DNA of 64,000 bases from Callorhinchus milii (taxonomy: Eukaryota): positions 100,130,001-100,194,000 of the forward strand of contig NW_024704743.1 of NCBI RefSeq assembly GCF_018977255.1, in the 5' to 3' direction. The notes under the pieces are model-generated. The model searched no databases. It was not told the DNA's origin and saw only the letters and a program-made list of their open reading frames with translations. Made by a program: the position numbers and the translations under genes. How positions within the stretch are numbered: position 1 is the first letter of the stretch; each line of letters begins with the position of its first letter. Positions 1-10,150 of the stretch are shown here, piece by piece.

Positions 1-448
1 TCTAGACCTAGGTGGATTTTCGATCCATCTCCCCATTCTCCAGCACTTGCCTTTGGCTACTCCTCTGGCTGAGAAAGTGCTTTATGCACAATGACAAATG
101 GCTGTAAAATAATCATGCAAGATAGAATTGGGAAGAATGAATCTTAAAAGGTTGGTGTAAAGGCCCTTTTGGTAATAGTTGTAACATTTTTAATTGGTTA
201 ACTCCAGTCACCCAGTGGTGACAAAGTGATCAGCATCACGCAATACCAGATAGATTTGAAACATGAAAGGCACATTTCTACTCACTTGCAAAGTTACCAT
301 CCTTGGTGATGTGCATTTATGAGGGAATTTCCCATTAACAACCCATGGGGGCAAGTAAGGAACCGACCAACACAATTACATGGGTTTCGTCAGTGTCTAG
401 ATATCCAGTTGATCAAAAAGAATCATAATAACAGTAATAATAACGTAC

Positions 449-585
449 CTCATCATTTGAGATCTCCTTGTCGTTAAATATAAATTTACACTTTGCATTG
501 CCAGAGAGTCTCTCAGCCTCCAACCAGAAGCGCACTTGTCCTTTTTCCAGCAGTTCAACTGCTAGTTCTGACTTCAGAGGTACAA
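449..585 (-). CDS. MYOM1: MYOM1 exon (My10 Ig, first part)
   Basis: VPLKSELAVELLEKGQVRFWLEAERLSGNAKCKFIFNDKEISNDE; phase 1-0; donor GAG|gtacgt. Confidence 0.96.
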
Positions 586-710
586 CTGTCAACACAAGTG
601 AGATGATAAAGTGTGACTGTCAAATGTTACTTTACATCTAACAATTATAACATGCAATGAAACGATTGTACAGCACAACCTCAGGCTGTAATAATGTTTA
701 GAATACATAC

Positions 711-755
711 CTGGGAATTTGTGATCGTGACTAATTTCCAACAGACGCAGCAGTT
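711..755 (-). CDS. MYOM1: MYOM1 45-nt My9-My10 helical linker exon
   Basis: ELLRLLEISHDHKFP (human ELKRLLALSHEHKFP); phase 1-1. Confidence 0.95.
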
Positions 756-1029
756 CTGCAAGAGAATTAGAGACTCAAAACATTAACTGTTGACAAAGTA
801 ACGTGAATGTTGTAGATTTCCTCTCTAGATGTCAAATTATCTAAACTAATGAGGGCAGAATAAAGTACATCTACTGAGAGGATTAGGCATCATAAACTAT
901 ACACAAAAGATTTGAAAGAAGCATAACTGTGAGTTGAATACTGCAAGTGACTCCTTCCTTAAAATCTATTCATTTCCATTTTTAATGAAAAGATTTTATC
1001 ATATTTATTTACCATAAAAATTTACGTCA

Positions 1030-1340
1030 CAGAAGAAGGTCGTTCCACCCATTGTGTCTGTGCCGGCTCCCTGAAGAGCAATCCTTTAACTCCCATTTAC
1101 CTGCCATTTTCGCATACTCCTGTTGCTGACTCTTTAAGGTATTTGTCTAGTTGCCTCTTAAAAGCCAATATGGATTCTTCAACCTCTACTCCTGTCAGCC
1201 CTTCCATATCCTAACTACTCTGTGCATGAAAACATTTGTATCTTGAATCGATGCCCTCCCAGTTATTGAATCACCGAGAGTCAGTGGAAATGATTTCTCC
1301 CTACTGACTTGATCAAAACTCCTCATAATTTTAAAGACCT
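1030..1340 (-). mobile_element. Degraded CR1 3' fragment
   Basis: Similarity to the CR1 C-terminus and 3' UTR of other copies. Confidence 0.65.
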
Positions 1341-1930
1341 ACCAAACGTGAATACAGAAACAATAATTTGCTCAAAGAGAAGCATCATGCACAGAATTGT
1401 GTGTAAATATCTATATCATTCTACAGAAGGACACAAAGATAGAAGATGAGAAAAGTGCAAGGATTATTAATATTATAAGTATGGATTGACAGAAAAAACT
1501 TCCAGCGCATCAAACCCATTCCTTCCAAAGACCACCCATAGTCTGTTCCATCATACGTTATATTCACTGTCTACAAAGCCAGTGTTGAAATGAATGGCAT
1601 TCTTGTAAAAAAAAGTATTAGTTTGTAAAGGGCTGGAGCATATGGAGCATATGGAGCTATCTACACCAGGGGTCTACTGATAGCCTAATGCCATTGATGC
1701 TATTACAAGAGCACAGCAGTAGTCCCCTACAGGTTCCATCACTTCTCTACAAAGCAATCCATAACAATTGTTGCCAGTTTTGCAATAAAAAGGACTGGAT
1801 AGAATATTCATCACGTAGACCAGAGCACATAACATCACTTTTTAAACCTTTCAGTTGCTTTTCACATATTTCCTATACATTAGACTGTTACTGTGGATAG
1901 ATTCAAATATATACTGTAAATCTAACGTAC

Positions 1931-2037
1931 CGGCTTCATCTATGGTGTAGCTGGAAGAAGCTCCATCAGTTTCCGTGACAACACAGGAGTAAATGCCCAG
2001 ATCATCCTTCCCTGGGTCATTGAAAATCATTCTTGTC
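1931..2037 (-). CDS. MYOM1: MYOM1 exon (My9 Ig)
   Basis: TRMIFNDPGKDDLGIYSCVVTETDGASSSYTIDEA; phase 2-1. Confidence 0.96.
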
Positions 2038-2427
2038 CTGTGTCGGAAACAGAAGCCTTGAATGTATTTCTACACTGAATAAATCTGCTGTTGAATAATA
2101 CATTCCCTGCACATTTCTTCCAGGTGTGAAAATCCCATTATAAGATCACACAGCTAAAGTTGGTAGATTTTTCTGATGATTAGAGCATCACCACTCTATT
2201 ACTGGTGACTCTCAAATCTCAGGAGATCCAGTGTTGTTTTACAACTGAGCCCTTCTTGCCCCAACTCCCTAGCAATAGACCTTTGGAAATTACCTTTGGG
2301 GATGGAAATAATCTTTGAAGGGGATGCTGGACTGACAGTTTGCAGGGTGGCTTAATGTTTGGAATTAGGATGGAGTTAGGTTTGTGCAACTCTAATCTCT
2401 CTGAGGATGATGAGCTGTCAACCTCTA

Positions 2428-2450
2428 GTCTCTCTCTCTCTCTCTCTCTC
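2428..2450 (+). repeat. (CT)n microsatellite
   Basis: Read directly from the sequence. Confidence 0.9.
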
Positions 2451-3047
2451 GAGCTCTTATCAACAATTTAGAGAAAGTGATAATTTGCGGCTTGATTGAG
2501 ATTTTGGTTTAAGGCCAGAAGATAAGCACTGCCTTGGTATTGCGAAGGGGCTCACCAGTTTAATGCCAATTTCCTATTCTTTCCCCATAATAGATACTAT
2601 TGAGTGAACCCACTGGGATTCCAACCCTGAAATTTCTGGTTCTGAGTCTTTTGCTAACTCACAGAGCTGCTTACAAATTTTGATTGAAGTATAGGTTTGA
2701 GTTATGCTGTCTTGTCTGACTAGATTCAGAATGGACCCTATATTCACAGGTATTCACCTTGTACAAGAGCCCGTTATTGTATGAGAATGTTAAGCATGGC
2801 AGTGAGTATCGTCAGGTTTGCAGCTGACCCCAATCCTGTCTTCATCTAGTATACACACATGTAGTGATTACCTGTAATACGTTTCGCTCTGCTATTCTTC
2901 TTTTCAAGTATCTCAATACAGTGATTTTGTTGTACTTAACTGCATTCCTGACTTCATTTGAACCTAGCAACAAAAGGGGTTGCCCTAAAGGAATTGGACA
3001 GACTGAAAGGTCTGCATTACATCTTAACGATATAAAAATATCATTAC

Positions 3048-3204
3048 TTTCCGCCTTTGGTCTCCATGGAAACTCTTGATGAATCAATAAGGCTTTCATA
3101 ATTTTTGGACCAAATGAACTTGGAATCTTGACCTGCGTCAGCACATTCAAAGATCAACGATATAATTCCATCATCATCTACATCGACAATCATCTCCTTG
3201 GTTC
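3048..3204 (-). CDS. MYOM1: MYOM1 exon (My9 Ig)
   Basis: TKEMIVDVDDDGIISLIFECADAGQDSKFIWSKNYESLIDSSRVSMETKGG; phase 1-2. Confidence 0.96.
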
Positions 3205-4256
3205 CTGAGGAATAAACATAGGCAGAAAGGTTTCTAGCGTAATTATATATGGTTTTGTGAATGTTCATGCTCCTCAAGGTGAGCAAAATCATTGAGAAAG
3301 CATAGGACATATTCACTGTTTGTACACAGGGTCAGCATGAAATGCACCAAAGTATATTATAGCATAGGTTAAAAATTAGAGTAGTTGAGGCCAGGATGTT
3401 GAACATATAATGCTTAGTGCTGTGATGGGAGGAGGACAGGGTGGGTATTCAGGAAGGTTGAGATCAGACTTTTTCAAAGGGCCTTTTTTCATCCAATCCT
3501 CTTGTGTGATCTTTTGATAGGTCTTCTTTTCATGTATCTCAATACAGTGATTTTGTTGTACTCCTCTCCCATCAGATTCCTTTCTGTTTCTACAAGGTTT
3601 TGCTTCTACGGACAACTCTCTGTACCTTGTCCAAGAGCCCGTTATTGTATGAGAATGTTAAGCGTGGCAGTGAGTATCGTCAGGTTTGCAGCTGACCCCA
3701 ATCCTGTCTTCATCCAGTATCCACAGGCCAACCAATTATAACCAAGTGATTTGAGTCCATAAACTCAACTCTGCTTTATAAACAAGGTGCACTAAAAAAT
3801 GGCCACTGAGCTTGCTGCTGATGTTATTTTCTGTGCTTTGCACATGATGTGCACAAAGTCTTATTGACTTCACTTGCTTTCTGTGCTGACCTCCTTTTCA
3901 GAGTATGCGTGCATAGTACGCAGGACGTGACACCGGCGGCAGGTGATCCAGTGCCGGAAGCCAGAAATGTACCACAGTACGCCCATGCTATAACCAGGGC
4001 CCATTATAATGGGGTCAGCCTACACTTTCAACTCCAGCATCGGAGACTGGTACTTAAGATTCCTTGGGTCTAACTGGGAAGCAATTCAGCCACGGTTCTG
4101 ATACTGATTGCTAACCCTGCATCTTCAACATTGCATTGTGCTCAAAATCCTAAGTGAAGCTTGAATCCCCAACCTTGTAACCCAGCGACAAGATTGCTAC
4201 TATCTGAGAAGTCACTCTGACACATTTAATTGTTTCTACACATGGACAGAACAAAC

Positions 4257-4371
4257 CTGGGCGTGTTTCTGCAGTAATTGGCTCTGTGCTGTCAGATGGC
4301 TTTCCAACACCTGCCGTGTTCATAGCTCGCAAGCGGAAGATGTAATTCATGCCGTGTTCCAGACCTGTAAC
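4257..4371 (-). CDS. MYOM1: MYOM1 exon (My8 Fn3)
   Basis: VTGLEHGMNYIFRLRAMNTAGVGKPSDSTEPITAETRP; phase 0-1. Confidence 0.96.
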
Positions 4372-5137
4372 CTGTTGGCAATGTTAGCATTTTGGTGAGT
4401 TTTTCAAAGATATTTAACAGATCATCTCTTCCCTTTTTTCATATATTTCAACAATGAATACGAGAAAGATTCAATGTGCAAATAAAGCTCAACACAGGCT
4501 GTCAGTATAAAAATGTCCTCTGTAAAGGTCATACTGATGCTAGATTTTATTATATACCAACTGCTAAAATTAGCAACCCTTTCAATTCCATGTTTACAAT
4601 GGGAAAATAGAATCAATTATTTATTAGTGATTATCTTAACTATTCATTTTTGTAAATGCAAGTAGTTATTAAAGTAAGCTTAACTAATTATTAGTTTAAA
4701 TGTAGTCAGTGTTTAGTGTACATTTAACCATTTATTTGTGTATTTTTAACTATTAGTGCAAATTTAACTAGTTATTTATGTATGTTTAATTAACAATTGA
4801 TGCTATTGGTGTACAGTTTAAGATGACAATATCAATATTATAAACCATTTTCTAAATTTCATGCAAAGGTTGATAATGACAATTTTGCCTTGTGCTTCTG
4901 ACATCTGGAAAATGGTAATAATAATCCTTGCATTTGATATAACGTCTTATTGCATTGAAACATCTCCCAAATGCTTCATAGAATTTTCTGAAAAGTTTAA
5001 ATGTTTAGGCAAATGTGGTAGCAAATTTGGGTATAGTCATGTCTCACAAACAGCTATAAAGTGAATGATTTTTTATCTGTATTGCACTGATGTTTCAATA
5101 AAATATTTTACTGAATAGTGTTTAATTCATTTATTAC

Positions 5138-5322
5138 CTTGATGTATTTGTTTGCCGTTGCTTTTTCGTTAACACTTCTCCAATCCTCTTCATCTGCATC
5201 TGCTTTCCGAATGTCAGCATAGTAACCAGTGACCTCACTGCGACCCACATACACTGGAGGTTTCCAGAGGAGTACCAGAGAGCTATCCCTAATCTCAGAG
5301 CACTTGAGATCATGGGGTGGTC
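5138..5322 (-). CDS. MYOM1: MYOM1 exon (My8 Fn3)
   Basis: PPHDLKCSEIRDSSLVLLWKPPVYVGRSEVTGYYADIRKADADEEDWRSVNEKATANKYIK; phase 1-0. Confidence 0.96.
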
Positions 5323-5624
5323 CTGTAACAGTTTGTGAAATAGTTAATGGGCCAAATGACTTTATCATTTTCACAATTTCCTATGTATTCCTGTATAAAA
5401 TATATTTCTCATGGTGCAGGATTGACAGTGCTTATGCAGAGAATGCAGTACCAAAAAGGTGGTTGAGATAAAATCAATTATTTTCTGTTACTTACTAAAC
5501 TTATATTTTGTGAACATTACCACTTTTGCCTTCAATGCACCATTATTAGCCATTTGCAAATAAAAAGAAAATAGTCATAATATATTTCACTGTTGAAACA
5601 TTACATCCATGTTGTAAAATAATT

Positions 5625-5930
5625 ATAATAATAATCGTTGCATTTGATACAATGCCTATAATGCTGAGAATGTCACAAAGTGCTTCACAACATTTTCTGT
5701 AAAGCATTGTGACCGTATTTGTAGGTGAATTTGTGAAATGTAAATCCCATAAACAGCAAAAGAATTGTTGGTCAAGCCAGAGGGAGAAAATCCTTTCTCT
5801 TTTTGAATGTCACCATATGGTTTTAACGTCCACCTGAACAGGCAGATGGTACCTTGTTTTTCAAGTCTCATCTGAAAGACAATGTTGCAGTCCCACAGTA
5901 CTGGATTGGAGTGTCAGTGTGGACTATGTA
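5625..5930 (-). mobile_element. Deu-domain SINE, degraded
   Basis: ttttaacgtccacctgaacaggcag...tctcatctgaaagac. Confidence 0.7.
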
Positions 5931-6809
5931 ACAATCCTTCTAACTAAGGTTATAGAGGTAAATATACTAACCCATTGTACTAATATTCCTACTTGTAAAC
6001 AAATGGATTTTATTAGGCACCAGTTGTGATTTCAAGAGATCCAAAGAAGTCTGATGCACATCATTAGCTGCTTTGAACCCTTACAGGACCTTGGGATGTC
6101 CTCCCGACGTGAAAGGCGCTATACAAATGTAATCTTGTTGTTGTTGTTTGAAAACAATGTTATTGCAATACTCTTGGTGGGAGCAATTTTTCACTGGAGT
6201 CCTGGCTGATGTTTTGTCGATGCTATCAGTGAGCTAATAATGTGGAACTGCTACATGTTGTTTCTCATCCTCCTCCATGGAACAACATTAGAGGTAATGG
6301 GGAATCTCATTATGTATAAAATTTGTCACATCTGGTGAGCAGTGGTCCCTCTCATGTCCTGCGAAGTGTGCTCAAATTGGTATTGTTACAAATTTAAAAT
6401 ATATAAATATATAAAGTATTGTGACAATGTTGTTTGCCATCAGTCACATTGGTTGCGTACAGGAACAAAAGTTGCCTCAAGTGTCCGTCTATCTCAAACC
6501 TAGGCAAATATTTGGATGCCTGTTGTCCTTTCAATATTTATATGGGACTTTAACTCTTAAAGTAATGTTGGCTCTTTTGCACTAACTGTAGAGTTTGCTT
6601 TTATTTAGGGAACAACAAGTGAATGTGTATAGTATTATATGGAAATGGCTTAATCATAAGGATTATTTTGGTATAAAGCAAGTGTGATATTCAGTATGTA
6701 TATTTTGGAGCCAGTGGAGCACATTGTTTCCGTTTATGTAAAGAGCATTTCTAATCCTGATCTTGCACCTGAAAGTAGGTAGCGTGTCAAAAAGAATTAT
6801 TAGACTTGC

Positions 6810-6936
6810 CTGGAACAGCAATGGTCCACTCCTCACACTTGAACTTGTCACTCGGCAGAGATGGTAGACCAACCCCAGCCACATTGGATGCACGCACTTG
6901 GAACTGATACACCATGTTTTCCTTTAGGTTCTCAAT
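6810..6936 (-). CDS. MYOM1: MYOM1 exon (My7 Fn3), GC donor
   Basis: IENLKENMVYQFQVRASNVAGVGLPSLPSDKFKCEEWTIAVP; donor CAG|gcaagt; phase 0-1. Confidence 0.95.
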
Positions 6937-7074
6937 CTGGGAGAAGCAAATAACAAGGTCAAGAATTGAAGGAGAAATGTTATAGATATTGCATTCACAC
7001 CCAGACATATTAAGAGTCACACTGACTGCTGTTATATTTTACAAACTAGATGGTACTTCAACAAAACAACCTAC

Positions 7075-7271
7075 CCTGTATGCCCGTTCACTTATGGCTT
7101 TGATGTGGCCTTCGTGCCACTTGCTACAGATGCCATCAATGACTTCACAGTAATCCACAAAGTAGCCAGTGATTTCAGAACCTCCATGGAATTTGGGTTC
7201 CTTCCATCCCAGGACCATAGAGTTACGGACACTTTCAAGAACTGTGATCCCATAAGGTGGGTCTGGAGAAA
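7075..7271 (-). CDS. MYOM1: MYOM1 exon (My7 Fn3)
   Basis: SPDPPYGITVLESVRNSMVLGWKEPKFHGGSEITGYFVDYCEVIDGICSKWHEGHIKAISERAYR; phase 1-0. Confidence 0.96.
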
Positions 7272-8477
7272 CTGTTTGAAGAGTCAGTACATTCACACTC
7301 ATTAATAGTTCCACTTTATAACTCATATATTTGAATACAATTTTTACTATTAGGAACATTTTGTAAATCTTCCAATAGTCTGGTGGATAAAGGAAACACA
7401 AGAGAGGAGGAGGGAAGGATTGGGAAGGAGGGTTGGGGAAGGGGCAGGAAGGGGGAGATTTGGGGAGTAATTTTGGACTCCAGCAGCTTGGACCTTTTTA
7501 GAATAATAGACTTTTTGTGCATTGGACCAGGAATATTTTGACCATTTTAAAATCTGGTGATATGCTATAGAAACATAAAACATTTTATGGGGAGGGATTC
7601 TGCAGGTCTATATTTATACTATTTATGTATCATTGCAGAGAATCCATAATTTGGCAAAATCTTAAATGCAGCCTAAATTTTGAAGCCGGTTTTCTGACCC
7701 TTCTCTTAAGAATTACAGAAACCCGACCTCAAAGTTAAAAGCGATTTCAACAATTTTCAAAATTCTGGATGCTCTGAAACACTACATAAATAAAAAAATC
7801 AAGATCCAGATGGAATTTCCCCCACTAGCCATCTAACAGCTCCACATAACTATACGGAGCATTAATACATAGCCACCAGGAGACTATTTGAGAATTTGAC
7901 TATTTGAGAATCAAACAGGACCTAAAGTTGAGACTGGGAAATAAAAAAATGGCAGAGGCCACGATATATTGTGCGACATGAAATAGTCGTGAGCAGCGAC
8001 ATTGATAAGAGCCAAGCTGAAGCCGACAGTTCTTGGCAAATTATGGAGTATAACTAAGTGAGACGCCAAGGGACACTCTCACTTAACTCCTACTGGACAA
8101 TTACAGTGTCAACAGCAGAATCTGGGACCAAGTCACGTGCTCACTCCTAGGGAATACAATGTAGTGCAGAGAGATTTTTTTTGAAAAAAAGAAAACACCT
8201 TCAAAAAGTAAAAATGAATTAAAATGCATCAACTCAGAATACAATGCAAATAGATGTAGGTTAACACACGTGGTTGTGGAATGCAACCATCCATAGAGTG
8301 CTCATGAATTACAAAAGTGTGTTTCACACAAGTGAGAGCAAATTTAAATCAGTGCAGTGCTCTACTTCATCTGTGGGAGGCTCCCGTTTAGGGTATTAAC
8401 ACCTTAGTAAATTACCCCATTGCTGAGTAATAGAATTATTATTTGCACCACAGAGAAAAGCTTCCAAGTAAATATAC

Positions 8478-8750
8478 AATGGGCACCGGCCTGCTTTAAG
8501 TGTATCCCCTCCACCTGCTTTCAGCTCAACAGCCCCACCCTCTGGAATTTCTTGCCCGAGTTTGTTAGACTCACCTCCTTCAACGTCCATCTCAAGACCT
8601 TCCTCTCTGACTCTGCTTTTTGGCCATCTTTCCCCTTTGTCTCCCACCCCTTCAGCCACCACCCCCAGCTCGGGTACAAACCTTAGACTGTCCAGTGCCT
8701 TGGGATGTCAATCCGACGTGAAAGGCACTAAATACATATAAATTTGTATT
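8478..8750 (+). mobile_element. L2 LINE 3' fragment
   Basis: PTLWNFLP...HLKTFL; tail cttgggatgtcaatccgacgtgaaaggcac. Confidence 0.8.
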
Positions 8751-9775
8751 GCATTGTGTTCAGGAGATACTGGCCTAACTCAATCTGAATGGCAGTTTCA
8801 GTGCTTGCAAGCTGTAAAAGAGATTTTACTGCTATTTTCAAACCCAGTCAAACTGTGCAAATGCTGTAAAAGCCCAAAGAAACCGAGTTTCCATTCATCC
8901 CCTCTAAGTCACATGGACTTGCAAGACCTGAGCTCCAACCAAACAGCACCTCAAAGATGAAGTTGATGTGGCATAGAAATGTGGTAAGTATACAAATGTG
9001 CTCAGGGCCCTGAAAATTCTTAATCTGGCTCTGATAAAGGACTTCAGATGGTTACAGTATTCAAGCTCTCTTTCAAGCAATCCGGTGCGTCAAGTCAAAC
9101 ATGTCAACTTGTCAAAGTCATTGAAGATCCCTTAGATAAAATGCCAAATGAACTCAGTTGGAATAAAGAGAATGAAGTGGTGCAAGAAATTATAATTGAT
9201 CCCATTCAACATTAAGCACAAACCATTGAGAACAGTTAATGAGATCACCTCTCTTCCAAATAGCAAATGCTCTCAATGGTGGAACTGAGAGGAGAATAGA
9301 ATTCTGGTGACCCTTCTATGAAGAAGCATTTTGTTGGTTAAAACTGGCGAATTTTACATTGCAATTGAATGTTGATATGGCAAAACTCATTGCAAATGAA
9401 ATGGATCTTACCAGATGGGTGCCAGAATATTCTATACACCATCTCTTGCACATTATTTTATCTTTTTTATGGAACGCTGAAAGCAACATCCATAAAGAAC
9501 AAAGATATGGATTCCCCCAGTAATTAGTGCTGTTGTTGTGGGTATGTCAAAAAACAGTATCAAGCACAATAAATATAGATAAACTTTTCATCTTTGTTCT
9601 TGGTCCTCCTGATATTTTCTCAATGGATGGGACTGAGTGTGCTATCAGATATTGCACAAGACCTAATCTCATCATAGAATTGAGCAATGGCAACTGTAAT
9701 GTTTCCCTGATTTCTCACCTAAATCGTTCTCCTTGTGCATATCTTCTACCTTTGGACTTCTGAAGGTAGACTTAC

Positions 9776-10150
9776 GTGCCATTTCTGCATTTACCTTCTC
9801 TGGTGTATCTGGTACTGTGCAAGGTAAATTATCACGGCTAGTGGGCACCGAGCGTCTGTTAGGCACAACATCACAACTTAGTACAGTGTCGTGTGCGAGC
9901 TGAGATGTCTCATGCTTGTCATCCCAGCGTACACTGCTTTCTATTAATTCATCCGTGTGTATTCGACTTTCTATTAATACATCCACTTGTGCACTGCTTT
10001 CTGTTAGGCCATCCAAGTGCGCACTCTTTTCTGTTATTGCACCCCAAAGTGCACTTCTTTCTGTTATTCCATCCCAGTGTGCCCTCCTCTCTGTTAGTGC
10101 ATCAGTTTTACCACTTTGTTCAGGACACACACCATGAGGTACTCCTCTTC
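9776..10150 (-). CDS. MYOM1: MYOM1 EH-segment-like alternative exon (375 nt; a second in-frame donor at 9719 gives 432 nt)
   Basis: Lies between My6 and My7. Starts GRGVPHGVCPEQSGKTDALT (human EH starts GGGVSPDVCPALSDEPGGLT). tag|GA acceptor; donors C|gtaagt (9776) and G|gtgaga (9719), both phase 1. Confidence 0.82.
9924..10103 (-). repeat. Coding 30-bp minisatellite (6 units plus 1 degenerate) inside the EH exon
   Basis: DALTERRAHW/DGITERSALW/GAITEKSAHL/DGLTESSAQV/DVLIESRIHT/DELIESSVRW. Confidence 0.9.

Noticed and set aside
280-330. Minus-strand MHITKDG resembling the next MYOM1 exon (human KMHIDRNTG)
   Set aside because: Preceded by an in-frame stop, with no acceptor and no further similarity. 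The true exon lies outside the window.
4600-4860. AT-rich quasi-periodic tract
   Set aside because: Degenerate low-complexity sequence with no definable unit or function.
9412-9476. 65-nt cassette with good acceptor (ttgctttcag) and donor (gtaaga) after the EH exon
   Set aside because: Not a multiple of 3, so it would frameshift My7. No homology support; at most a cryptic exon.
9924-10103. Regular 30-bp periodicity as a CRISPR-like array
   Set aside because: Eukaryotic exon; units are contiguous with no unique spacers.
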